Assembly (NCBI GenBank): GCA_964276515.1
Contig: OZ193910.1
Span: 3,906,001-3,970,000, forward strand
Direction: 5' to 3'
DNA: 64,000 nt
From: Gordius albopunctatus
Taxonomy: Eukaryota
Below are positions 22,537 to 36,700 of this stretch, one piece after another (the stretch's first letter is position 1; the number at the start of each line of letters is the position of its first letter). The notes beneath the pieces are model-generated. The model searched no databases, had not been told where the DNA came from, and saw nothing but the letters and a program-made list of their open reading frames with translations. Both the position numbers and the translations under genes were made by a program.

Positions 22537-25251
22537 GGAAGGAAGCAATCAAATATATCATTCAACAATTTTTATTTGTTTTAAAAATTTTTAATTTGAT
22601 TTATCTTGCTTCAGTCAGTCCTATTAGCATGTAGAGTCATATCCTTATTATCTATCTGAAGGTTTAATTTAACTTTTTATGTTTTTAAATTAATTAATGG
22701 CTCTTTTTAAAATTTAATGCCTTAAACTATATATTATAATTGTTGCAGAAGGGTAGGCCGGGCCGAGCCCAACGTATTTATTTTAAATTTGTCCGAGGCT
22801 CATATTTTTACAATTTTTGGGCATTGTTCAGCAAGACATCTTTTAAAAATACATAAGTATTCTTGCATTTGAATCCTTTCTATTATGTAATTATAAAGTG
22901 GTTTAAAACATTTATATAAGAAATAAATAATTTTAAATATAGTCCTCAAATTGTATAAAAGTTTAACAGTTAAATATGATTATTTAATTAAATTTTTTAA
23001 AAGTGTAAATTTATAATTTGAAAATGGGGATAAAATTTTCTAATTCAAACAAGAAATGACTGAAAACAGGATGAACGTTTTTTACGATTTTCAAATAGAG
23101 CTGGGTTAATTTGGAAAAAAATTAATATGGTTTGTATGTTTATGGCCAAACTCAGGTCTCGAACCAGGGTGGACCATCAGGTCAAATTATTTTATTAATT
23201 TTTGTCTGATCCCGAAATCTGGCCGGGCTCAGGCCAAGTGGTTTTAGTCGCAGGGTAGAGGTTATTATATATTGTTGCAGTTCATGGACTTTTTAAGTCA
23301 AGTCTTGCCAAATACATCTTCAGAATACAAAATATGTCATTTAGGATTTAAAAAGTTTATTTAATATGTTGTGGGTAGTTAAACCATTCTTGCATAATAA
23401 TTAATTATAATCGTGTAATTAGTGGGAGCATCGTCTCATTTACCTAGGTTAAATCTGAATTATTGTAGAAATTTTATAAGGTTGAAAATTAATGACGCTT
23501 TTGTATACGATTTTTAGTGGCTCAAATATTTTTTAAATCATAATATTTTCCGGGGGTTCTCTAGGATTCTAATAAGGGAAAACGTGACACCTGGTTTAGA
23601 AGATAACGTTATGAGATAAATGAATTTATTGTTGAATTACTTCTTATTAAATAAATCTTACAATTATAAAATTCTACTGTAAATCAACGCGATCTTACAG
23701 ATTTATAGGAGACAAAGTGCATATCTTAAAATTGGAAGAAGAAATATTACAAGGTTTGGATAAGGTTTAGTCATTAGTTGACATATATTCACACTTTCCT
23801 TCGTATATCTTAATTTACGTTAATTACTATGTGCCTTGGGTATTTGGATGCAAATAAAATTTCTCTCACCTAAAAAATTGTTAATAAACATTAACAAAAA
23901 ACAATATGCCAAAATTTGTTCGTTATTATTGGCAATCAATATCACCTGCTAACAAATTTTCATCTTTAAAATAATATTACTCTCAAAAATTATAGCCTAA
24001 GGTTGTAAAATTTTATTTCCAGATTAACTTAACTATTAAATAATATAATCATAAATATGTTTTAAGGATTTATTATAGTAATAGTGCGATAATTTTAATC
24101 TAAGAAAGTGTCGAGTGCAAATTTGAATATTTTTAAAGGCATAACACTGTATCACAAAAAGCATATGGGAATTAATTAAATAACAATTAGCTTTATATAC
24201 TTATATATATATATACAGTACATAGTAAAATAATTATTTAGAGTATTAAAATATGATAATCATTTTCTTACCTAGTCAAATAGAATATTATAAACTTGGT
24301 AAAGATAAAATGTGCTAATTAGATAACTTTCAAATAACGGGTTAGTTGGTGGCAACCCTTATGTTCAAGAAATGCCTTAGGTAATTATTCTTCGATAAAA
24401 TAATTTAATCATTTAAACATTTTACCGACGCTTTTATATCTATTTACAAATTTGATTTAATTAAATAATCCAAGACAAACATAAAATTTTAAAATTTAGC
24501 ATACATTGAGGAGTTAAGACATGACCTAAATTTTAAATGTAGCTATCAAGGACCTAAATCAGTTTATTTTTCTTTGACAAAAGACGGGGCTACCTTTGTC
24601 CATTATAATTTTATTCGGATAAAAACGTTAAAATAAGTCCGATTCAGGTAAAACATAGCCTACAAGGCATTTGATTTATTTTTGTCACACATTTTTATTC
24701 AATAAAACAAAACTTGAGCTAACACCCTTTAAATCTTGATATTGCTTTTTTGGCTATATTATAATTAGGTAGCAATTTATTAGGCTCAACTATCATATTT
24801 TTTCACCCTGTTTGAACTAGTTATTAATTATGAAAATATTATATAATGGTTCCACATATTTTAAAGTCCCAAAATGTTGCCTATTGTAAATTATAAGAGC
24901 GCTTTTAAAGTTATGGATTAAGGATTGGCTGGAAGAATTGTAAACAGGCTTAATTCCTGTCAACAGAAAAAATGGGCGTTTTTATAGTTTTGCGGTTGGT
25001 AAAATTTGGGTTGAGATCGTATTGCAAAGACTATGCAAAATGTTACTAGAAATTTTTAATAACTACCTAAATATTTTAAACCTTTATCTAGGTTCAGTAT
25101 ATAGAACAGTATATATAATTTGCCTTTTTATCGTAACTAAATGCTAATTGGTTATTTGATCAATAATATCTTGTTAAATGAATAATTGCGATTTTGTGTA
25201 TTGAAATAAGGATAACAATAGTAGTAATTCATATTAAGTAAACAACGTATG

Positions 25252-28200
25252 TGTTTGAAAGCTAGATCTTTATTCACATAAACTATTAGGACTGGGATAC
25301 AATAATAGTAAAGTCTCCAACAACGTGTATATCCAACGCATATATAAGTTACAACAAATTAACGATAATTTGATCGACAACACGCAGGTAAATAACGTAT
25401 CCCCGGAGGCACTTCGCACTCCTATTACCTCTCTACAGTTCCCCCCTATTTACAGACAAAATCCTTAAGGTATGCTAGCGGTTTCCGACTACCCTGTGGG
25501 TATCTCGGTTCTTCCCTAGGCGTTCCTGACTGGTTTTGCATTTGTTCCCTTGGCGCATTTGTTCCCTCTTCCCTTTCTGATGATATTCTTTGTGGCCACC
25601 GGTTCTCTTGTCCCAGAGTGGTCCAATCCAGGATTCTCCGTTTCCTTACTTGATCCAGGTGTCGGTGTTGCTTTTTTCCCTGTGCCCATACATCGTAGGA
25701 ACGACTCCCGTGTTTGGCTTTTATCGTGCCTTCTAAACCCATTTGCTTGGACCCAAAAACATGCGTACCCAAACCAAGTCTCCTACGTTGAAATTTCGTG
25801 GGTTCCCGGTCTCTAGCCATTGTTGTGGTACGGTTTCCCTCAATACCTCCCATTCGGTTCGCATACGCCTTTTTAACATCATCTCTGCCGGGCTCTTATT
25901 GGTTGCGGGGTATTTTGTAGATCTGTAGTTTTCCAAAAATCTACTTAGCCCTACTTCAGACTCGTTCCTAATGATGGCTTCTTTGATTAATCGTACCTAT
26001 CTTTCTGCCAAACCGTTCGACGCAGGATGGTAAGGAGCTGTCTATCGCTGATTAATCCCTCTCATCTTGCAAAAATTTTGTAAATCCTGCCCTTTGAATT
26101 GTGGACCGTTATCTGATATTAACCATGGTGGATTTCCAAATCTAGCAAACGTTTCGGCGAGTTTTTTTATAATGGTTGTCTATGTGGTGTCTTCTAATTT
26201 AAACACCTCTACCCATTTCGAGCTATTGTCCACCATCACGAGGTATGACTTACCCTTGAGAGGACCCATGATATCGATATGTACTTGGACCCATGGTTTA
26301 TGGCTAGGTTGACACTCTATCAACGGTGCCTTCTTCGCCGCCGTGGCCGTGTAATTGCAATTCAGGCACCCTTTCGCTACGTTCAATAAGTCATCGTCGA
26401 GAGTAGGCCACCATATATACTTCCGCGCCATTTCTTGCATTCGCTTGATACCAACGTGGCCCCTATGTAGTCTTTGGAGTACCGCTCGTCGTAACTTAGC
26501 CGGAATTGATATTCGTCGCCCTTTGTAATATATTATGCTCTTGGCCTCATGCAACTTTGGCAGGTGTTTTTCGTAGGTGCGTTTTAGCCCACCCGTGACC
26601 ATTGTGTTTTGTTTACCTTTAATCCACTCTTTTACTTGCCGTAGCCCCGGATCCCCCAAGGTGCGTTGTCTTATTACGTCCAATAAAATAAACGGATTCG
26701 TCATGTCTTCTGGAATTTCCTCGGTAAATTGATACGCGTGTCCGTTCGGTTTCCTGGACAAGAAATCTGCCGCGTTTTCGGATCCCTTGTTGTACTCAAA
26801 CTTGGTCGTGTAGCCTGACACCATGAGCGCCCACCTAGTTAGACGAGGTGACCATTGTTCGTTGCCCCTTTTGCTCTGATAAAATATATATACTAGCGGT
26901 ATATGATCTGTCATAATAGTAACGGTTCGTCCTTGTATATATTCATTGAACTTTTTTAGTCCATACACCACCGCCAAGGCCTCTCGTTCGATCGTCGAAT
27001 ACCGGCTTTCGCTATCGCTTAATGCTCTTGAAGCATAGGCCACCACCCTCCAATTCTCTCTTGGTGCTCGTTGCTGTAAGATGGCCCCTAACCCTGTACC
27101 AGAGGCGTCTACGACCAGGCCAGTCTCCCAATCTCCATTAAAGTACGCCAGTACGGGGGCTTTTGTAAGCGCAGACTTGATAGCTTCAAATGCGCCTTGT
27201 TGTTCTCCACCCCAGTGGTACACCACGTTTTTTTCATTAGTTTCTGAATCGGGTGCACGATTTTGGCGTAGTCCTTAATGAACTTTGAAAAGTATGCTGT
27301 CAAGTGTCAACCCAAGGAAAGATTTTATTTCATTTTTGTTTGTTAAATTTTTTCACTGCTTGACTATTTCGGCTTTATTGTCGTTGATTTGAATCCCCTT
27401 GTTACTTATTACGTATCCCAAAAAGGTTACTTCCTTCACCCACAAGATGCTCTTGGCAATATTTGGCACCAACCCCCACTTTTGTAACGTTTCTAGTACT
27501 TTGAGTAACTGCTCGTTGTAAATTTTTTCAGTTTCCCCTGCAATTAGTATGTCGTCGATGTATACCGCTACCGTCTCCATGCCTCCTAATATTTGGTCCA
27601 TTGTTGTTTTGGAAAATAGCCGCGGCACAATTTAAGCCAAACGGCATCCGGTTAACTTTAAATAAGCCCTTGTGTGTAGAGATCGTCAATCGTTGGCTCG
27701 TCTCTGGCCCTAATTCAAGCTGTAAGTACGCTTTCGTAAGGTCCAGCTTCGTAAAATAACACACGTTATCGAGTTTATTTAACAAATACTCGATTTTGGG
27801 TAAACAGTACAGCAACCCTTGTGCGTATTTATTTATCGTAAACCGGTAGTCTATACATAATCGCGGAGTCCCATCGCTTTTTTCCACGGTTACCACTGGA
27901 CTGGCCCATCTTGAGAAATCGATTGGTTCTATCACCCCATCTCTGACCCATTTATTCAGCTCTTCTACTTGTTTCTTCTACGCCATCGGCACCCTTCGTG
28001 CGGGGATAAATACGGGATCTATGCCCTCTTTTAACGGTACTCCCACCGTTATTCCCTTGACTGCTTGCGGGATTTCGTTTAGATGGCCATCCCATTGTTT
28101 CATCACGTGCTGGATCGCGGTCTTGATATCCTTCGGTCTTTCTACGTAATTGACCGCGAACCGTTCCGCCGCAGCTCTCGAGTTCCAACGTATTTGATGC

Positions 28201-29278
28201 CAGATTTCGGGCTCAAATTCTTGTATCCAATCGATCCCGCATAGCGGCGGCCCCGCTACGTCTGCTAGCAATAATGACAGCTGTTTACTCGTGTTACTCA
28301 ATCGGACATCGGCTTGTACATTGGCTACGATCTTTATTTCTCCGTGGCCGTACGCGTACACTGTCGAGACGGCCTCTTTGTTGCGTGGGATCTCCTTCGC
28401 CCATCTTCGCGCCGGTAATATCGAAACCGTAGCGCCGGTATCGAAGATAAATTGGAACAACTCGTTATTAATATATATATCAACTGTTAACACATCTAAA
28501 GCATAGTTTAACCTGGGAATCCGGACCGGCCCAGGCCATGCTTCTCGTCTCGCCACTACGCTCCACGCCTCTTCGACCCCGTGCTGCAAGGTGCTTAGCC
28601 CCCCATTTATCGTCTCGGCCGTTAATGCCAGCTCTCGTAGGTGGTCCCATTTGATGTCATTTTCTGCCAGCAGTCTCGCCTGTAAGCTTATATCGCGCAA
28701 TCCTATAATGAATTGGTCGACGATTCTGTTCTGCACTTCTTCATTTCCGAAGTTGCAGCTGTTAGCCCCGGCCTTGAGTCTATTAGCGTACGCGTCTATC
28801 GTCTCTCCCTGGCCTTGTCAGACTTTTGAGAATTCGTACCTCTTTGCCCTCGCACATGAATTCCTCTGGAATAATTTCCTTAACCGATTTTTCGCTTCTT
28901 CGTATGTAATTCCTGTCAACTCTTGCGGTCTATAATCCTCTGGTATTGATTGGAATGCATCCCCCTCGAGGCTGGTTAATAATAGCGCGGCTTTTCGCTC
29001 ATCTGTCTCCGTCTTATTGTTTCTAAGGAATAACTCAAATTGCGTTATAAAAGCGTCGATGTTAGCCGTTGTTTTATATTTCTGCATCTCCGCGTAGGTT
29101 TCCCCACTATGCCATTGTTGAAACTATTAGGACTGGGATACAATAATAGCAAAGTCTCCAACAACGTGTTTATCCAACGCATATATAAGTTAAAACCAAT
29201 TAACGATAATTTGATCTACAACACGCAGGTAAATAACGTATCCCCGGAGGCACTTCGCACTCCTATTACTTCTCCACA
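25252..29278 (-). mobile_element. Ty3/Gypsy family A, second copy (element C), full-length but decayed
   Basis: LTRs 25252-25437 and 29116-29278 (the latter lacks ~23 bp); 5-bp TSD GTATG; PBS-like TGGCATAGTGGGG; PPT; colinear with element A. Confidence 0.96.
25446..29087 (-). pseudogene. Element C gag-pol with stops and frameshifts
   Basis: Fragments MQKYKTTANIDAF..., FDTGATVS, YIDD, VVDASGTG, HRGH..CLNC, VHID. Confidence 0.93.
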
Positions 29279-29649
29279 GTATGGATTACAATGTATCACA
29301 ATTATTAAAAAATTGTGTAATATTTAACTAGAAAAATCACTGATTTACACAATTATATAATATAGTAAGTTAGAGTAACTTGGGAATCGGTTTTTAAAAG
29401 ATGGCAATCGGCATAATAGTAACTATAGTCCTGCTTACATACATATAACTTCAACAAACGGCTCTCGGCAAAACTTACTTTAAATTCTTTTTGTAGCCCA
29501 ATGATTTTCGAAACTAGTTTAATGAAATACGTTGTCCAGGAAAAAATTTGAATTAAACTAATTTTGTAGGCAGTGTCTAATTAAAGTATTACGAGATTTG
29601 AGCCGAAGTAACTTAGTCTTTCTTTAAGCCCATTTTATACTGGTCGGAT

Positions 29650-29928
29650 CAGGCGCGTAGCCAGGATTTTCTCAAGGGGGAAGAAAAATTCAAAAAAATT
29701 TTCGACACTTTTATTTATAATGTAACAAAAGTAAACTTCGCGTACAATATATGCGAAATTTCAAGGCGCTATATAACCAGCTTTGGAAAAATCTCTTCTC
29801 TTCATTAATCAGAGGATTTATTATCGCTTTTTTACCTTAAAAAAGGACATGGACCTTCAAAAAAAGTTTCAAATTTTGGTCAAGGGGCCAGAAATATCCC
29901 GCTTTCTGCTCCCTTGGCTACGCGCCTG
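29650..29928. mobile_element. hAT MITE
   Basis: TIRs CAGGCGCGTAGCCA / TGGCTACGCGCCTG; TSD GGTCGGAT / GGTCAGAT. Confidence 0.88.
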
Positions 29929-32257
29929 GGTCAGATAGACTATAAACTAAATTCAAACTAAGTTTAAAATAGAATCTATTACAAAATCGCATATCTTTTT
30001 AAACAAGTTGATATAAATGTATTTCTAATTTAAGTTCTAATAATGAAATGCCCATATCAATAAAGAACAATTAGTGTTTTTAAAATGACCTTCAAAATTT
30101 AATCCAATCAGACTTACAATTCGGACATAAAGAAAGGAAATAGAAATATTTTGCCTGCGATCTTGCATCTTTGTATTGATTCCCATCGTAACGGATCCGT
30201 GGAGATAAAGTGAATTTAAGGTGATGCGGTAGTTTAATTTTTTTCGCGTCGCTCATCGAAATCAAGAATATTCAGATCCACCAAATTTACGGTAGTTTTA
30301 GAACCCTATGAGAATCATCATAAAATATATTTTTAATTGTAAATGTTCATGGACTTGGCCAGGATCGAAACAAGAGGGGGGGGGGGCAAAAATGTTTTAG
30401 GGAGGGGCAAAATGATATTTTTACATTTATGCAATAATAATTATATTAGATTTTGAAGACCTTATGGATTTAAAGGAGGCGGCCACCTCTTCCTCCCACA
30501 TCCTGTCTACGCTTATGTATACTTTTAAAGCAAAGCAGTGATTGAATCAAGAATTTAGATTGAATATATGTTTTAATATGGGAGAGAAACTAAATTTGAC
30601 CAATTTTTATTTCGTTTGTACAAGTGTGTATTTGTGCAAAAAAAAATGCTATTCATAAGATTTTGTGTAGTCATGACATATAAGCTGTGATTTCCGTTAA
30701 TTTCAATTTCAATATTGGTTATTATTGGTTTAATCGCCGCCGTGTTTCTTTTGATAACAATTGAATCGAGTGGGAGCCGCGACCTCTACCCCCCCCCCTT
30801 CGCTACGCCCATATTAATTTCCAATTAAAAATAGTGTTTTAAAAACCTGATCTATACGAAACGATGTTTGATATTTGTTTAGATGCATCGTAACATTTAA
30901 CAAAAATTTTTGGACATGTTTTTAATATCGGATCTTTATCAGCCGTCCCTTGAGCTTCAGCCGACCGATAATGTACGTGTAGTTCGAGTTTAAATCGCAA
31001 TTCTAGCAATAAAATAAGGTATTAAAATTTATAATATCAAAACTATTACCATCAACTAACCTTTTAGAATTAAATTTTATTGTAGAATATTATTTTATAC
31101 TATGTTGGAAGATTCATTTAGTAGGATTATTAATGGTTTTTATTGTTTAGTTCATGCATAAAATTTTCATTCTGTTTTGCGTACCAGAAACGCTTATCTG
31201 ATCAACCCATTTTAACTAAAAATGTCATATTTAAAAATTTTACACGGTTTTAAAGACATTCCAAGAATATCATTAAATCAACAAATCAAATTTAAACCGA
31301 ATATAGATTTTGATAGAATTAGAAATCATATAAATTTTTCTAGAGCAAGTTAAATATTTTTGTATCAATTGCAAGAAGCTGTCCTGACAGATTGTCAAAA
31401 CAATCAAAAAAGAATTTATTAAAAAACCATAGATATAAACCTATGATGTTATAGCAATGCAAGGCTTGTCAAATTAAATAATGCGAAATATAAGATGACC
31501 ATTACAATCTCTATAAAATCAAAAAGATTATTAAAATTGAGCTATAGAAAATGTGATGAACGCTTAAAATTTCTTTATGTTCATTTTTAAGTTAACACAT
31601 TGTTGGCTATAAATAATTTTATTTTTTTTATTAAAATATTAAATTTTAAGAAAGTGAATACCACCTAAAGTATAAGTAAAAGTTTTTATATATTTAAAGT
31701 TAAATTTCCTTTAAAACTCCTATAAACTTACGTCGCAGGCTAGGCTAGGCCAAATTTTTCCGAGCTCTGGTCGTAATTGCAGACATCATTAACTCCCGCT
31801 GTATATTAAAATAAACTATTAATTTACTGAATTATGATAGAAATATCATATTCAAAATAAAATTATTAATTCCTTTTTTACCAATCGACTATATTATTTG
31901 AAAGGAGTAACAGAGAATGTATACCTTTACTAACAATTGCTTCTGTTTCCAAGGCAAAAGTGTGCATATGATACGAACCGATACTTTGTCGGCAACCACT
32001 TGATTAAATCCAGTCTCCAACTAAAAATATTGATAATAATCAGCAGATTGACATGAATTACTATTTAGAATAAAAATGAGCTGGCCTAAATCAACCAAAA
32101 TGGGTCATTTATGAGTGATAATAAGGGATTTTAGGCCAAAATATGGGGCAATATAGAAATGAGGAAAAGGTGTAAAACGGTTTCATAAAAATATCATATT
32201 GTCTGATATGCAGTTTGTTTGGTAGTTTGTGTGTGCAGACTGATCGAGACTCGTAAC

Positions 32258-32858
32258 CATGGGGGTAGCCAGAATTGGAATTAGAGTTGTGCACGGATCA
32301 ATCCGATCCGTCAAAACTCGGATCGGATCGGATTTAGATTTTAAAAAACTCGGATCGAATCGGATAGATATGAAATTTTTCGAAAACCCCTCGGATCGGA
32401 TCAAAAATTTGATCCGTGCACACCTCTAACGCGAATTAAATCAGAAAATTTAGATTCTTTATTATTTTTATATGATAAGATAGAATTAGTCAAATAAAAT
32501 TTTATATTTATTTCAGGTCTATTAAAATTGCATTACCTTATTTTTATGTATTTTTAATTTAATCATCAATAAAAAGTTATGTTCGTAAAATTTTAATTAA
32601 AAAATGTCGGATCGGATGGGATTTAGATTTAAAAAAACTCGGATCGGATCGTATGGATATAAAATTTTTCAAAAACCCCTCGGATCGGATCAAAAAAATT
32701 TGATCCGTGCACACCTCTAATTGGAATTAGAGAGGGGGGTATAATAATTTAGGGAGGGGCAATTTTTTGAAATTTTAGCCATAATTTTAATCAATTTTTA
32801 AAAAAGTTATAAATTTAAAGGGCGGCACCGTCTCTGCCTCCCCCTGGCTAGGCCCATG
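32258..32858. mobile_element. hAT MITE (CATGGGCGTAGCC family) interrupted by another MITE
   Basis: TIRs CATGGGGGTAGCCAG / CTGGCTAGGCCCATG; degenerate TSD CTCGTAAC / CTCTTTAC. Confidence 0.8.
32282..32719. mobile_element. hAT MITE (GGATC-repeat family) with a duplicated right end
   Basis: TIRs TAGAGTTGTGCACGGATCAA / TTGATCCGTGCACACCTCTA; perfect TSD ATTGGAAT; extra right-end copy ending near 32428. Confidence 0.9.
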
Positions 32859-33383
32859 CTCTTTACCTCTAATATAATCTATATATATAAAGTAAAGTCT
32901 ATGTATATATGTATGTGTATGTATGTAAGGGCTAATCTCTGAAACTACCGGCCCGATTCGCGCGAAAATTTAACCATAGATGCCCAGGGCGGCCAGGGGT
33001 AAAATAGCTTTTTCAGAATCCTAAAATTCCTTTTAGTTTTAAAAATATGGGCGTTTTAGTTTTAAAAAATGGCTTAATTCTAAAACTACCGGCCCGATTC
33101 GCGCGAAAATTTAGCCGTAGATGCCCAGGGATGCCAGGGGTAGAATAGCTTTTTCAGAATCCTAAAATTCCTTTTAGTTTTAAAAGCCAGTTTAATTTAT
33201 AGCAGCATATACAATAATGACGTCATACATACAAGGCTGAAGTTGATTCCGGTACATAAGATAAAGTTGCAAAAGATAAAGTTAATGCATGTATCAAGCA
33301 TGACATTAAAAAAACATGTGATTCTTACTACAATAATACTAAATTTAAATATATTAAAATATTTGTATTTATTTACATTACAT

Positions 33384-33697
33384 TGCTATAATAAGTAAAT
33401 AATACCTAAAATTTGTTATGCAATATTACTTTAAAAGAAAATACGGTATGTATTATATAATAGAACTAAGTACAAATATAAATATCTTTATAAGCAATAA
33501 ATATGCATAACGTTAGATCATGTCAACATTACAGTATTAGTCATGCTATATTAAGTAAATAATAACTAATATTTGTTATGCTATATTATTTTAAGAGAAA
33601 ATACGTTATGTGTTATATGATAGGACTAAGTACGAATATCTTTATAAGCCATAAATATGTATAACGTTAGATCATGTCAACATTAAAGTATTAGTCA
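33384..33697. repeat. Two-copy tandem repeat (160 + 154 bp)
   Basis: Units 33384-33543 and 33544-33697, each TGCTATA...TTAGTCA. Confidence 0.9.
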
Positions 33698-33755
33698 ATA
33701 CTGTAATGTAAAAAGAACAAGTATATAAATAAATTGTTTTAGGCAACAAATAAAT

Positions 33756-36700
33756 ATGGAGGAACCAAAATTATCTAAAATCCATTTATCTGAATTTAAT
33801 CCGGAGTTACATTCCATAGAGGATTACATATTCAACTTGGAAGCTATGTTTGAAATCAAAGGAATCGAGGCTACTCACACAAACAAGAAAAAGTTTTTGC
33901 TTGCCTTTATAGGTCTAGGAACTATTAAAGAACTCAGACAATTATTATATCCCACTTCACTGAAAGATGCCAAGTGGAAAGATATTGAGAAGATATTATA
34001 TCAAAAATATCAACCCCCCCAAACAGTTTTCGCTTCCAGATTTGAACTTTTGAACATTACTAGGCAAAACGGAGAAACCATATTAGAATTGATAAGAAGA
34101 ATAAAGACATGTATTAGCAAGTGCAACTACAAGTCGGATATTGACGAACGTTGCCGAGACCATTTCGTATATGCATGCAAATTGAAAAGTTTGGAAGTGG
34201 AACTAAGGGGCAAATATCCTGACACATTGGATGAGAATGGAAACCCTTTAACTTTGGATAGAGTGATTAACTTGGCAATTACCATGGAGAGGGCGGAGAT
34301 GGAAACACACGAAGGAAAAGATGAAATGCTCCATAAAATGATGGAAATAGAAACACACGAAGGAAAAGATGAAATTCTCCATAAAATAAAAAATAAAACC
34401 TACACTCATACTCGACAGCATGATCATACAAAGAAAGGATACGGTAAAACCTCAAATTGCTATAGATGCCAAAAAGAGCATCCAAGAAATCGTTGCCCAG
34501 CATTCAATGCGGTGTGCTACAAATGCAACAAGAAAGGACACTTTGCCGTATGCTGTCGTAGCACCATAAATCGTGTCCTCGATTATGAATCGGCTGATTC
34601 TATAAAGCGTCTTGGACAACGGGCTAAGCCAGCCACAATTACGGTTAAGTTGAATGGACATTCCATTCTAATGGATTATGATACGGGGGCCCAAACCTCA
34701 GTAATTAATGCTAGGGTATGGCAACTGTTAGGAAAACCGAAGCTACACGATTGTGCGATTCCAAAGGCTTATGGTTATCAACCAGTAGGAATATTGGTAA
34801 AAACATATATGGTAGTCAAAATGGGAAACATTTACATTACTTATCGGCTGTTGTTGCAAAATCGGATGATGTACCATTATTTGGGTTGCCGTGGATAGTG
34901 AAATTAAATTCGGATTACAAATATCGAGGGAAGTCAAAATACATAAAATCGGCGAAAAATTCCCGCAGAACGGAGCCTTAATTAACCTTGGCAACGAATT
35001 TCCATTGGTGTTTAACGATACTCCGACTCAAGTAAAGGGATTTTCCGTAAAAATCATATTACTAGATGATGCAAAACCAATTGCGATTCCGGCAAGAAGG
35101 GTTCCCTTTCCCTTACGCAAGTCAGTCGAGCTGGAACTTATCAGGTTAATGCATGCAGGTATTATAGAAAAGGTAGACCCGGGGGTTAACAAAATTACAT
35201 GGAGCACTCCATGGTGAAATAAAAATTTGCGCGGATTTCAAGGTAACTTTAAATCCTTTCATTCATAATGACCATCATATCATTCCAAATTTTGACGATA
35301 TCGCAGCAAAAATTCGAGATGGATACCTATATACCAAGATCGACATGCGAGATGCATATTTGCAGCTACCAATAGCTGAAGAATGTCAGGATCTACTAAC
35401 TATTTCAACACACATCGGTTTTTTTAGGTACAAACGGATGCCATTTGGGTTATCTTGTGCGCCTTTGATTTTTCAAAGATACATGGAAAGTGTATTGAGT
35501 GATTGCAATCAAACGGGAATTTATTTAGATGATATTATTATCACGGGCAAAAACTACCAGGATCATGTATACAATGTAAAAAAGGTGCTTAATAAATTAC
35601 AATCGGTGGGTATGAAAGCGCAATTTTCTAAGGTCGAAGTTTTAAAAGAATCTATAACCTTTCTTGGGTATACTTTTGACGGTAATGGTATTCATCCTTC
35701 TACGGATAAAGTGCGAGCTATTCAAAATAGTCCCTCTCCAAAGAATGTTAAAGAATTGCGATATTTTTTAGGTTTAATTAACTACCACGAAAATTTTATT
35801 CCACATTTACATGGTATAATGGCACCATTACACAAATTGACGAGCGTCAAGGCCAAATGGGTGTGGTCTCAAACGGAAGAGTCAGTTTTTCAAAAGGTCA
35901 AAGTTTTGTTATCCGACCAATCGACCTTAGTACCCTACTCGAATGAACTTCCATTAATTCTTGAATGCGATGCTTCAGAAATGGGGTTTGGGGCTTTACT
36001 CTATCATTTAATTAAAAATAATAAAAGTCCAATCGCATATGCGTCAAGAACGCTAATTGATGGAGAGAAACAATATTCACCAATCGACAGAGAAGCAAAA
36101 GCCTTAGTTTTTTGGTATGGAAAAATTTCATACATATCTGCTAGGCCGTAGATTTATTCTAAGGACCGATCATAAACCTCTGGAAAGAATATTTGGAGCC
36201 ATACGAGATTTACCGAAGATAAGCAACAATCGGTTAGTTAGGTGGGCATGGAAGATGTCTGCTTATAACTATACTATTGAATACATTCCTGGCAAGGAGA
36301 ATGTATGCGCGGATGCATTATCATGCTTACCGGTACCGGCGTCCTATGCGGATAAAGTCAATTTTTATAAAAGTAATTCAACTTATCATATCCGTCTCAT
36401 TAATTTGCAAGATTTGCACCTGACAGAAGAAGTGTTAATTAGGGAGTCACATAATGATTCGGACTTAAGAATATTAAAAAGATTTATAGACAATGGTTGG
36501 CCAACGGACAGAAATGTGGTTAGCAAGGAACTGCAGGTATTTTTCGATAGAAAGAATTAAATGGAACAAGAAAAGGGAGTCATTTACATTAACGGATTTA
36601 TAGTGGTTCCATCGCGGTTTAGGCAACAATTTTTGACTATTATTCATAGGGGTCATCCAGGGATTAACTCCATGAAATCCATCGTCAGGTTATACGTGTA

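Noticed and set aside
22740..23280. GGCCGGGC-rich hAT-like MITE remnant
   Set aside because: Termini and TSD could not be defined
23585..23803. Possible LTR fragment with a PPT-like GAAGGAAAG on the minus strand
   Set aside because: No TSD, partner LTR or internal sequence found
31732..32020. Two minus-strand exon-like segments with good splice sites
   Set aside because: Joined frames hit stop codons and no start or family is recognisable; possibly a pseudogene remnant
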